Below the pieces are notes generated by a model that saw only the letters and a list, made by a program, of their open reading frames with translations, ran no database searches and had not been told where the DNA came from. From contig CAMBUD010000005.1 in assembly GCA_945871035.1 (NCBI GenBank), positions 2,743 through 66,742 on the forward strand: a stretch of 64,000 nucleotides of DNA. Direction: 5' to 3'. A program made the translations under genes and the position numbers. Below are positions 9,665-18,652 of this stretch, piece by piece (the stretch's first letter is position 1; each line of letters opens with the position of its first letter). The stretch is from Planctomicrobium piriforme. Lineage in GTDB: Bacteria > Planctomycetota > Planctomycetia > Pirellulales > UBA1268.

Positions 9665-10744
9665 CTAAGACTGCACGACTGGCCAACCGGCCTCGACCAA
9701 ACGCACAGCCACATCGATTGCCGAAAGCATGCTGGTCGGATCGGCTGCGCCGGTGCCAACGATGTCGAAAGCCGTTCCGTGAGCAACGCTTGTGCGCACC
9801 AGCGGCAGGCCGAGCGTGATATTCACGGCCCGGTGCATGCCCAAAAGCTTGATGGGGATGTGTCCTTGGTCATGGTACAACGCGACGACTCCGTCAAAAT
9901 TGCCGCGGCTGGCCCGTAAGAATAGCGTATCGGCGGGCAGGGGACCGCTGACTTCGATGCCCGCCTCTGCCAGACGCACCACCGCTGGGCGAATGATCCG
10001 CGATTCTTCGTCACCAAAAAGTCCCGCTTCACCGGCATGTGGATTGAGTGCTGCCACTGCAATGCGCGGCGTTCGTCCGAGAATTGCTGCGAGGAGTGCG
10101 TTGAGCCTCAGGCCAGCCTGCACGATACCCTCCGTTGAAAGATGCGCCAGCGCATCGGCTAATGATTCATGCAGAGTCGCGTGCACAACTCCCAGGCCAG
10201 CCGGTTGATCTCCAGCATTCGACGCATCTTGTAGCGGTAGCCAGAGCATCATTGAGGCCGAACTGTCCGGCAGGCCACAGGCACGTGCCAGCAATTCCGT
10301 GTGCCCCGGTGCCGTGTAGCCAGCTGCTCGCAACGCCTCCTTGTGAAGCGGGCCGGTGACGATCGCCTGAGCCAAGCCGCGACGGACAATCGAAAAGGCA
10401 GTTTGCACAGCGACCGCCGCACATCTGCCACCAGCAGCACTGGCCACGCCTGGTGATGGATGCACATCTTGATCGAATTGCGTTTGTGGTGGCTGAATCA
10501 CAAGCAGTGTGTCGGGAGACGAGTGGCGGTCGTCGTTGGCTTGAATAATCGTGACGGCCAGAGGGACCGGAAGACGGCTGCCGGCGAGCGCGATGGCCAC
10601 GGTGTTGCTGTCAGCCACAACTCGCAACCGGGCACGGGCGTGAACAGATGGAGTGGCCCACGCTGCCAGAACGATCTCGGGGCCGATGCCGACAGGATCG
10701 CCACAAGTCAGCAAAAGGGTGGACTGGGGGCTCAGGATTGGCAT
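9665..10744 (-). CDS. pdxA: 4-hydroxythreonine-4-phosphate dehydrogenase
   Basis: TCGDPVGIGPE, GHTE, LNPHAGEAG, PADTLF, YHDQG, RTSVAHGTAFDI motifs. Confidence 0.95.
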   Translation of the reverse strand: MPILSPQSTLLLTCGDPVGIGPEIVLAAWATPSVHARARLRVVADSNTVAIALAGSRLPVPLAVTIIQANDDRHSSPDTLLVIQPPQTQFDQDVHPSPGVASAAGGRCAAVAVQTAFSIVRRGLAQAIVTGPLHKEALRAAGYTAPGHTELLARACGLPDSSASMMLWLPLQDASNAGDQPAGLGVVHATLHESLADALAHLSTEGIVQAGLRLNALLAAILGRTPRIAVAALNPHAGEAGLFGDEESRIIRPAVVRLAEAGIEVSGPLPADTLFLRASRGNFDGVVALYHDQGHIPIKLLGMHRAVNITLGLPLVRTSVAHGTAFDIVGTGAADPTSMLSAIDVAVRLVEAGWPVVQS

Positions 10745-10892
10745 AAAGGCCACTCTTCCATCGTTCGTGAAAAACGGTCTGCTGACAGCTCGTTTGGTTA
10801 GCCTATAACAAGTTGACTGCGGCACTGCTATCCATTGAGAGACATGCCTGGTTTACCCCTTTTTTTATTTTCCTATTCTCCACGCCAAAAGG

Positions 10893-11462
10893 ATGCTGCG
10901 CATTATGGAAAGTGTTTTTTTTCGCGTGGCACTTTTTTCAGTCATGCTGCTGGTGGCCACCGCCGGGCTCGGCCTTTGGCTCGGAGATTTGCACGGTCAA
11001 CTCGACCCCCATGTGCTCCGCTGGGGCACAGTGCATCGGTTGTCCGGCGTGCTCTCGGCGCTGGTGGTTGTATTGGTTAACAGCATGTCAGTCACCTACT
11101 TTATCGGCACCGGTCGCTGGTGTCGCGAAGTGGTTGAGACCTATGCGCTCGATGCCTCGTACGTTGAACGCAGCCAACAGCTTAAGCGATCTACTTTTCC
11201 GTTTGCGATCCTCGGCATCTTTGGCGTGGTGTTCATCGTGGCTCTGGGTGGCGCTGCCGATCCGGCAACGGGTCGTCCTGGTACGCAGGACTGGGTCACA
11301 CCGCATCTGATCGGCAGCCTTCTCATTGTGGCAGGCATCGCGTGGTGCTTTCAGTCACAACTGCCGAATATCCGTCGCCAGCATGTTCTGATCGAAGACA
11401 TCATGAGCGACGTACGAACTGCAAGGCTTGGTCGAGGATTAGAAATTGAAAACTCTGCGTAA
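10893..11462 (+). CDS. Hypothetical integral membrane protein (~4 TM)
   Basis: Four hydrophobic segments, His at the start of TM2 and TM4, motif VTYFIGTGRWC. Confidence 0.75.
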   Translation: MLRIMESVFFRVALFSVMLLVATAGLGLWLGDLHGQLDPHVLRWGTVHRLSGVLSALVVVLVNSMSVTYFIGTGRWCREVVETYALDASYVERSQQLKRSTFPFAILGIFGVVFIVALGGAADPATGRPGTQDWVTPHLIGSLLIVAGIAWCFQSQLPNIRRQHVLIEDIMSDVRTARLGRGLEIENSA

Positions 11463-11556
11463 AGAACGTTTCGTGTCTCCTGAGCCGGCACGAACGATAC
11501 CCGTCACGCGCACATCGATCTTTCTCATCACGAATCGAGTATTGGAGCGGAGAGTT

Positions 11557-12561
11557 CTAGCGCGGATTATTTTGCAGCTGATTGTGTTCGTGTCGATCGT
11601 GCCGCTGGGAATCGTCTGCCGATTGCTTGGCCCCATGTGCCCCATGTGCGCTATGGGCATGCGATGAACGTTCCATCACAGAAACGCCCCAGGCAATAGC
11701 CAATCCCAGTGCGAGCGATGCTGTCAGGAGGATGCGATCATGGCTGTGAAACTCAACCTCTGGGAGGAGATCAGCCGCAGCAATGCATAGAAAGGCGCCT
11801 GCAGCCATCGCCATTGCAGCACCTAGGATCGCGCCTTGGTTATCACCAAAAAGCCGCAAGCTAATAAAGAATGTGATAGCACCGACTGGGACAACACAGG
11901 CATACAGCGCGTTGACAATGAACCGCAGGCGGGTCGATGCTTCGGATTTTATCATCAGCGTGGCGATGATTCCTGAATCAAATGGCTTATGGAGAACAAC
12001 AGCCAGAAATGTGGCAAAACCGGCCAGCAAGCCAACGCCGTGTTCGCTGTCGGCATCTACCGAAGCAGCCAACGCCGCACCATCGGCAAGGCTATGGAGC
12101 GCCAGGCCGGCAAAGGCACCGCACCACGCCCACGGTGCTTGTGTTGCCTGCGAGGACGGTTGCGAATGCGTGGGCATTGGATGATCGTCGTGAACGGGTT
12201 CTTCGTGATGGTGCTGGCAGCTATGGGCCAGTTGCTTGCTGTCAATGGAATGGTGCGAGTGGGCATGGAAAGCACGTTCCAACAGGAACATGACGAAAAA
12301 GCCTGACAGCACCCAAATCATCGTGGTGTCAATATCCCGATCAAACTCAAGATAGGCATGAGGTAGTAGGTGGAGCATGCCGACACCGAGCATGATGCCA
12401 CCGGTAAAAGACAGGAGCACCTGCATCTGTCGGTGCCCCAGCGAGAGAAATGCGATCGACGAGCCGCCGGCGAAAGCCGCGGCTGCAATGAGCGCAAGGT
12501 AAACCGTTAGGCTGATGGTCGCCAAAGAATTGGTGAAAACCATGGCCAGAAGTGTGTGCAT
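11557..12561 (-). CDS. ZIP (ZupT/GufA) family divalent metal transporter
   Basis: GIMLGVGMLHLLPHA, His-rich loop, ALHSLADG and VLHKPFDSG metal-site helices, AGAFLCIAAADLLPE. Confidence 0.9.
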   Translation of the reverse strand: MHTLLAMVFTNSLATISLTVYLALIAAAAFAGGSSIAFLSLGHRQMQVLLSFTGGIMLGVGMLHLLPHAYLEFDRDIDTTMIWVLSGFFVMFLLERAFHAHSHHSIDSKQLAHSCQHHHEEPVHDDHPMPTHSQPSSQATQAPWAWCGAFAGLALHSLADGAALAASVDADSEHGVGLLAGFATFLAVVLHKPFDSGIIATLMIKSEASTRLRFIVNALYACVVPVGAITFFISLRLFGDNQGAILGAAMAMAAGAFLCIAAADLLPEVEFHSHDRILLTASLALGLAIAWGVSVMERSSHAHSAHGAHGAKQSADDSQRHDRHEHNQLQNNPR

Positions 12562-12658
12562 GAGTAGACCGCTGGTGAAGAGGCAACGCCCTATGATCGT
12601 GCGAACGTGCGTCGGCGGCAAGGGCTGCCGTGAATGGGGCTACTGCCACAGCAGCGGG

Positions 12659-13378
12659 CTAGCGCCTATAGGCCCAAGGAGCGGGCGTCGTCTGCATGGA
12701 TCGTGATGCCTGTTCCATCTGCTGCCGCACAACCGCCATGCGTTCATTCCAGGCAGCATCGCCGGCAGCTATTGCACCGAGAAGAATAAAAAGACCGTAT
12801 GTCAAAAGATTTGGCCACAGCTTTGGTCCATGAAATTTCATCGCAGTACCAAACGATTTTTTAAATTTTGGGCCAAACATTCCCATCTGCACGCTCCAGA
12901 TTTCATCCAGCACTAAATGCGTCAGGAAACCGAGCACAACAGCGCTGGAGATAAAATAACGTCGTAGCGGATCATCGGCACCGAAGGCTAGAAATGTGAT
13001 CTGCCCGGCAATCGCCATTGCTGGAAAGCTGTGGAACATGCCGCGATGAATGGCGTAATGCTTCAGAATCCACGACACACCAAACCGGATTGCTAAATAG
13101 ATTGCTGCTCCAATCAGAATCATCGCCTCTAAAGGGAGGCCGATCTGATTGAAACGATGGATCATCACCATCGGCACTACGGCGGCGGCAAATGCGACAC
13201 TTTCGCGCATGGGAATGCCTGGACCGCTATCCAGATCGGGCATCATGCCGGCGACTGCACACATGCCACCAGCCAACGCGCATGTCATTGGCGGCATGCC
13301 TCCAATGAACCATGCCGCGGTGCCGTAGCCGGCGCCTATGATCGATGAGCCTGTGATGTGCACACGAAAACCGGGCAC
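12659..13378 (-). CDS. Membrane-bound metal-dependent hydrolase (YdjM-like)
   Basis: N-terminal H, GMMPDLD, HRGMFHS and THLVLDE motifs; GTG start after AAGGGGG. Confidence 0.85.
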   Translation of the reverse strand: MPGFRVHITGSSIIGAGYGTAAWFIGGMPPMTCALAGGMCAVAGMMPDLDSGPGIPMRESVAFAAAVVPMVMIHRFNQIGLPLEAMILIGAAIYLAIRFGVSWILKHYAIHRGMFHSFPAMAIAGQITFLAFGADDPLRRYFISSAVVLGFLTHLVLDEIWSVQMGMFGPKFKKSFGTAMKFHGPKLWPNLLTYGLFILLGAIAAGDAAWNERMAVVRQQMEQASRSMQTTPAPWAYRR

Positions 13379-13416
13379 TGCCAATCCCCCTTAAAAATTG
13401 CCGTTCGTCTTATGAG

Positions 13417-13582
13417 TGCATTCCTGCAATGCGCCGCGCATGCCCACGCGATTACCTCTACCAACCGCGCAGCCAATCGATTTGCGCAAACACCGATCCC
13501 GTTCTTTCTCACTCATGTGTCGGCAGATTGGCAGACACAACACCAACGAAGACGCACCACCTCCCCCTGCACTGCAGGAACG
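13417..13582 (-). ncRNA. Candidate structured non-coding RNA (6S-like or cis-regulatory leader)
   Basis: On the minus strand, 5' CGUUCCUGCAGUGC pairs with 3' GCAUUGCAGGAAUG (14 bp incl. 2 GU), enclosing three hairpins; a -10-like TAACCT lies just upstream; no credible ORF. Confidence 0.45.
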
Positions 13583-13850
13583 TAAAGGTTACGCCCTCGG
13601 GAATAAAACTCCTGATCGGGAAATAATGGGCAGAACAGGCAAAGCAATGCAGGTAGGCGGTTTAGTAAAAATGGGCCAACGGGGAGGGCGGAGCGGTGTG
13701 GCTGGTTCGTTTGATCGATGCTGGCTGCTCTCTGTTTGCAGCAACTTCTACGGTTGATTGCTCTTCGTTTAAGGCTTTCAGCTTTCTACACTGCGGCCGC
13801 TTTGAACAACGGTTGGCAACCAGATCTCATTTGTTTCCGTGGAGGTGCAC

Positions 13851-14720
13851 GTGTCTGTTGAAGGCTACGATCTTGTGATGATTGGAATCCTAGCAGTGGC
13901 CTCTGTGCTTGGTTACTTCAAAGGCATGGTCTGGCAACTGGCATGGATTGCCGGGATCTTCGCTAGTTCATTCGTAGCGTTTCGCTACGGCACACCCCTC
14001 GCCTCCTTCTTTGGCCAGCAGGCACCTTGGAATCGATTGGCTGCGATGCTGGCTCTGTATGCCGCCACATCGATTGCAGTCTGGCTCATTTTTCGGGTGA
14101 TCTCGGGTGCTATTAACGCCGTCCACCTGTCTGCTTTTGACCATCAAATGGGTCTGCTGTTGGGAATGGCAAAAGGGGTACTGCTGTGCGTTGTGGTGAC
14201 ATTCTTCGCCGTGACGCTCGCGCCTGCTTATCGCGAGCAAATTGTCGCGAGCCAAAGCGGCCGCTTGGTCGCCGAACTCATTGTCCGCGCAGACGTCTAC
14301 CTGCCAAAAGACGTTCACGAAACCGTTGATCCATTCGTAAAACAGTTTGAGTCAGAATTGCAAAAGCCGATCGGGGCGCCGGGAGCTTCCGCCGCTCAAC
14401 AGCCAAACCTAGCTGGTGGACAGTCACCGCTGCGCACCATGTGGGAGGGAGTGTCCTCAGCAGCGGCCTGGGCCGGAACGGAGCAGGGGGGACAACAGGT
14501 CGGCACCCAACAGGCCGGCACTCAACAGGCCGGTGGTGCCCTACCGGTCGGATCGTCTTGGTTTGTGCCTCGCGCCAGCCAGCCCGCCGCGCAGCCAGCG
14601 ACGAGCCCACCCGTTCAACCACCAACTGCCGCTCGATCCACCGGCAGCGCATTCTCCCAGCCAGCAGCTCCTCCGCAGCCGTTTCCCGTTGGCGCTCAAA
14701 CTCCACTGCCGTTGCGTTAG
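13851..14720 (+). CDS. cvpA: CvpA (colicin V production) family membrane protein with Pro/Ala/Gln-rich tail
   Basis: YDLVM...LGYFKGMVWQL, LSAFDHQMGLLLGMAKG, SQSG motifs; GGAGG RBS then GTG. Confidence 0.82.
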   Translation: MSVEGYDLVMIGILAVASVLGYFKGMVWQLAWIAGIFASSFVAFRYGTPLASFFGQQAPWNRLAAMLALYAATSIAVWLIFRVISGAINAVHLSAFDHQMGLLLGMAKGVLLCVVVTFFAVTLAPAYREQIVASQSGRLVAELIVRADVYLPKDVHETVDPFVKQFESELQKPIGAPGASAAQQPNLAGGQSPLRTMWEGVSSAAAWAGTEQGGQQVGTQQAGTQQAGGALPVGSSWFVPRASQPAAQPATSPPVQPPTAARSTGSAFSQPAAPPQPFPVGAQTPLPLR

Positions 14721-14842
14721 TCAGAGCCGAGGAATGCAGCCACAAAACGAACGCGGGGCTAGCGACGAAGCTTCAAAACTCACCCAACTCAAAACCGGAC
14801 ATAAGAGACATTATCGGACGTTGGGAGGAGAGTTGCGGAGAG

Positions 14843-14868
14843 TGCTTGAACGCTCTGCTTGAACGCTC
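14843..14868. repeat. Perfect 13-bp tandem duplication TGCTTGAACGCTC x2
   Basis: Read directly, 3 nt beyond the accA stop codon. Confidence 0.85.
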
Positions 14869-14871
14869 TGT

Positions 14872-15846
14872 TTACGTGCCAACGGCTGCCGCCTCGATAA
14901 ACACGCCAATCTTTCGAAACTTCTCGTAGCGTGCTGCCACGAGCGTGTTGGCCGGCACACTGACCAACTCCCGCAGCGTACGAACCAGAAATGTCTTGAG
15001 GCGGGTTGCCATTTGTCGTGGATCGCGATGAGCGCCGCCCGGCGGCTCCTCGATCACGGCGTCCACCACACCAAACTCTTTCAGATCCTGCGATCGCATT
15101 CGCAACGCCTTGGCGGCATCCGCCTTAAAATCAGCACTTTTCCAGAGGATCCCCGCGCAGCCTTCTGGGCTGATCACGCTGTAATAGGCGTGCTCGAGCA
15201 TTGCTACCCGGTCCCCAACCCCGATCCCTAACGCTCCACCCGATCCGCCCTCACCAATCACCACGCACACAATTGGCACTGGGAGTGTTGCCATCAAAAA
15301 CATGCTCTCGGCAATCACCTGCGCCTGTCCGCGTTCCTCGGCTCCCACACCCGGATAGGCTCCTGGCGTGTCGATCAGGCAAATCACCGGCAACCCATAT
15401 TTGGCGGCCATGCGCATTTTGCCCATCGATTTGCGATAGCCCTCAGGGTGAGCACACCCAAAATGACAGGCCTGTCGCTCTGTGAGCGTCTTCCCCTTTT
15501 GGTGGCCGACAACCAACACCTTGTGGTTATCGAGCTTGGCAAAGCCTGCGAGCATCGCTGCGTCATCGCCAAAAGCTTTGTCGCCGTGGAGCTCCACAAA
15601 CTCATCGAAGACAAGCGAAAGATAGTCGCTCGTCTTGGGACGATCAGGATGCCGAGCGACTTCAACGGTCTGCCAGGGATCAAGATTACCGAAAATCTTC
15701 TTCTGAGACTCGACGAGCTCTCGCTTCAAGCGTCGCAATTCCTCTTGCTGCTGTGCTCCCAATGGCGCACTTTCCAATGCAGCTATCCGATCTTCGACTT
15801 CATAGATCGGTTTTTCCAGTGGCAGTCGGTAGAGGCTGCGCGACAT
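14872..15846 (-). CDS. accA: Acetyl-CoA carboxylase carboxyltransferase alpha subunit
   Basis: ARHPDRP, ELHGD, PEGYRK, DTPGAYPG, GEGGSGGA, YSVISPEGCA, EPPGGAHRD. Confidence 0.97.
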   Translation of the reverse strand: MSRSLYRLPLEKPIYEVEDRIAALESAPLGAQQQEELRRLKRELVESQKKIFGNLDPWQTVEVARHPDRPKTSDYLSLVFDEFVELHGDKAFGDDAAMLAGFAKLDNHKVLVVGHQKGKTLTERQACHFGCAHPEGYRKSMGKMRMAAKYGLPVICLIDTPGAYPGVGAEERGQAQVIAESMFLMATLPVPIVCVVIGEGGSGGALGIGVGDRVAMLEHAYYSVISPEGCAGILWKSADFKADAAKALRMRSQDLKEFGVVDAVIEEPPGGAHRDPRQMATRLKTFLVRTLRELVSVPANTLVAARYEKFRKIGVFIEAAAVGT

Positions 15847-15929
15847 ACAAGCACCTTACAAAAACTATTGGGGCCTATTGGGCAACCGGGATTCTCCGCG
15901 GCTGCAACAGCTTACGTCAATTCGAACTT

Positions 15930-15935
15930 ATTATA
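15930..15935 (-). promoter_or_regulatory. Possible -10 element (TATAAT) of an internal accA promoter
   Basis: Perfect TATAAT on the minus strand in the kinase-accA gap; no convincing -35. Confidence 0.35.
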
Positions 15936-15949
15936 CTGCCAGCACCCAA

Positions 15950-16801
15950 TCACGTATCGGCAACAGCCCGTTCAAAAAAACGGATGGATCGTATCGTTTT
16001 CAGCACTTCCTTCATGGAGGCTGGTCGGTCAGCAGGTTTCTTGGCCAACATCTTTCGAATGAGCTGCGAAACACTCGTCGTGGCATTGCGGTTGAGCTTA
16101 TCGATGGATGGCGGTGTAGCCGAGATGTGCTTATTGAGCAGATCGTTTGCGTTGACGGCCGCGAACGGCGGCTTGCCGGCGAGCAATTCAAATACCACAC
16201 ATCCCAGCGAGTAAATATCGGCCCGGCCATCGACGGTTTGACCGCGGATTTGTTCCGGTGCCATATAACTCGGTGAACCCTGCACCGGCCCCTTGCCACC
16301 GAACAATCGACCCAGCAATCCCGGCAGGCGCGCAGCAATCGCCAAATCGATCAACTTCACCTGGCCGTCAGAAGCCACCAACACATTGTCTGGCTTGATG
16401 TCGCGGTGCACCCATCCACGGGTATGCAAGTGATCAATCGCCAGTGAAAGTTCTGTGATAATGCGTGGCACGAGTGGGCCAAGTGCGTCCACCCCGTCAA
16501 CAATGAGCCGTTTTAAATTGGGGTGTGGAAAGAGTTCCATCACCAAGAGCGGCAGTCCGCCCTCTTCGCTCAAACGATCTATGCGAATGATCGTTGGGTG
16601 TTCGGCTGACTTCCCGACCCTTAACTCGTGCTCTAGGAGTTTTCGCTGGCCGGCATCCTGGGCCGACTCCGGTACAACCACTTTGATGGCCACGCGGCAC
16701 CGAGAAGGATGCTCGATGGCCTCCCAAATCTGACAGTGACGCCCGACTCCCAACTGTTTGACGAGTTGGAAATTGCCTAGTTTTTCAGGAAGTTTTGTCA
16801 T
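15950..16801 (-). CDS. Soluble Hanks-type Ser/Thr protein kinase
   Basis: VAIK, HRDIKPDN, GSPSYMAPEQ, DIYSLG; DFG replaced by DLA; no TM or sensor domain; start placed at ATG 16801. Confidence 0.92.
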   Translation of the reverse strand: MTKLPEKLGNFQLVKQLGVGRHCQIWEAIEHPSRCRVAIKVVVPESAQDAGQRKLLEHELRVGKSAEHPTIIRIDRLSEEGGLPLLVMELFPHPNLKRLIVDGVDALGPLVPRIITELSLAIDHLHTRGWVHRDIKPDNVLVASDGQVKLIDLAIAARLPGLLGRLFGGKGPVQGSPSYMAPEQIRGQTVDGRADIYSLGCVVFELLAGKPPFAAVNANDLLNKHISATPPSIDKLNRNATTSVSQLIRKMLAKKPADRPASMKEVLKTIRSIRFFERAVADT

Positions 16802-16829
16802 GGTTGTCAAGTTGTGCGCGTGGTTGGTA

Positions 16830-17591
16830 TCACAAAAATTCAATGGACACCAGCACGAGGCCCTTGGGCGGCGCTGTTGGGCCAGCCACTGCCCGATTCC
16901 GTGCTGAAAGAATCTCCGCTATCCATTCGGGTCGCTTCCTGCCAATGCCAACCATTACGAGCGAGCCCACAATGATCCGCACCATGTTGTAGAGAAAACC
17001 GTTTCCCTCGATCTCAACCCAGACTTCCGCATCTGGCCCATCGTCGTAGCCTGAGTGCCGGAAGACCGTAAGGGTATGAATTGTGCGCACTTTTGATAGT
17101 CGCGAGGAGGGTGTGGTTTCAAAGCTCGTGAAATCGTGCTTGCCGACAAGCGCATTTCCAGCGGCTTGCATGGCAGGCCAGTCGAGCCGGGCCTTCCTCC
17201 GCCAAACAAGATTTCGTTGCATCACCGGCCGCCAAGCGGCATCGTGGATGCGGTAGCGATACCGTTTGCGCGCGGCATTGCGTACCGGATCAAATTCTGG
17301 AGAAACCTCGCAACCCTTCAGCACCGCCACGTCGGAAGGCAATGTCGCATTCAGCGCCCGCACCCAAACAGCCGCCTCCAAATCGCTGGCCGTTGTGAAC
17401 GAGACAACCTGACCAAGAGCATGCACTCCCGCATCGGTACGACTGGAACCCTGCGGCAAGATGGCTTCGCCCGTAATCCCGTGTATCGCTGCCGCAAGCA
17501 CCCCCTGCACCGTATTTCTTCGGGGTTGCACCTGCCAACCAGAGTAATGAGTCCCTTCGTAGGCCAGCGTGAGACAGATGGTACGCGTCAT
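16830..17591 (-). CDS. truA: tRNA pseudouridine(38-40) synthase
   Basis: YEGTHYSGWQVQP, SSRTDAGVHA, GKHDFTSF, GNGFLYNMVR, GPTAPPKGL. Confidence 0.97.
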   Translation of the reverse strand: MTRTICLTLAYEGTHYSGWQVQPRRNTVQGVLAAAIHGITGEAILPQGSSRTDAGVHALGQVVSFTTASDLEAAVWVRALNATLPSDVAVLKGCEVSPEFDPVRNAARKRYRYRIHDAAWRPVMQRNLVWRRKARLDWPAMQAAGNALVGKHDFTSFETTPSSRLSKVRTIHTLTVFRHSGYDDGPDAEVWVEIEGNGFLYNMVRIIVGSLVMVGIGRKRPEWIAEILSARNRAVAGPTAPPKGLVLVSIEFL

Positions 17592-18640
17592 GCCCGCACC
17601 GTTTGTGCGCCTCCTGCAAAAGTATTGTTTGGGGGCTGGCTGCAGGCGGCTAGATATTCGGCAATTTGCACCGCATTAGTGGCAGCACCCTTGCGAAGAT
17701 TGTCCGACACGCACCACAGCGCGATTCCATTTGAGCTCGATCCATCCTCGCGGATACGGCCCACAAATACTTCGTCGCGACCGCTGCAAGATCGCGGCAG
17801 CGGATACCGCTTCTCGACCAGATTATCCTCCACAACAATTCCTGGTGCAGCGGCGAGCAGGCAACGGACTTCGGCGACAGAAAGCTTGCGTTCTGTTTCG
17901 ATCAAAATCGATTCGCTGTGGCAATTGGCAACCGGCACGCGAATGCAGGTGGCGCAAATACCAATTGAATCATCGCCCAGAATCTTTCGCGTTTCCAGCA
18001 CCATCTTCAGTTCCTCGCTGGTTGATCCATCGGGACGCGCTGAGCCAATTTGTGGAATCAGATTGGCTGTGATCGGATGAGGAAAAACCGAACACTGCTC
18101 CACTGCTCCGGCCAACCAAGCGGCAGCCCCCTGCTCCATCTCCAGCGAGGCGGATAGCCCGGCACCGCTGACAGCCTGATAGGTACTCACAATCACGCGT
18201 CGCACCCGGGCCGCATCGTGCAGTGGCTTGAGAACCATCACCATCTGCGTGGTCGAGCAATTAGGGCTGGCGATGATTCCTTTGTGTGTGGCAATCGCAC
18301 CGGGATTCACTTCCGGGATCACGAGTGGTACGTCGGGGTGCATGCGGTAAAATGCGCTTTCGTCGACGACCACCGTGCCGCGCTGCACTGCCCAGGGCAC
18401 AAACTCTGCGGCCACTTCATCGGGCGTGCTACCGATGGCGATGGCCACACCGGTAAATGATTCTGGACGCAGCACCTCTACGTCAAAGTGTTTACCGCCG
18501 ATCTGCAATGGCTTGCCAGCAGATCGCTCTGAGGCAAGCAACTTTATGCGGCGGGCCGGAAACTGCCGCGCCAGTAACAGCTCGACGATGATTCGGCCCA
18601 CGGCGCCAGTGGCACCCACAACGGCCAGCGTTTCAATCAT
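17588..18640 (-). CDS. asd: Aspartate-semialdehyde dehydrogenase
   Basis: VVGATGAVG, IASPNCSTTQM, STYQAVSGAG, DNLRKGAATNAVQIAE. Confidence 0.97.
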   Translation of the reverse strand: MIETLAVVGATGAVGRIIVELLLARQFPARRIKLLASERSAGKPLQIGGKHFDVEVLRPESFTGVAIAIGSTPDEVAAEFVPWAVQRGTVVVDESAFYRMHPDVPLVIPEVNPGAIATHKGIIASPNCSTTQMVMVLKPLHDAARVRRVIVSTYQAVSGAGLSASLEMEQGAAAWLAGAVEQCSVFPHPITANLIPQIGSARPDGSTSEELKMVLETRKILGDDSIGICATCIRVPVANCHSESILIETERKLSVAEVRCLLAAAPGIVVEDNLVEKRYPLPRSCSGRDEVFVGRIREDGSSSNGIALWCVSDNLRKGAATNAVQIAEYLAACSQPPNNTFAGGAQTVRA

Positions 18641-18652
18641 GCAAAAACACCT

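Noticed and set aside
11446-11667. 73-aa hydrophobic + strand ORF
   Set aside because: Half overlaps the antisense ZIP C-terminus, TTG start, no RBS.
17136-18080. 314-aa + strand ORF
   Set aside because: Antisense shadow of truA/asd with no motifs; typical of GC-rich DNA. The same applies to most short ORFs in the track.
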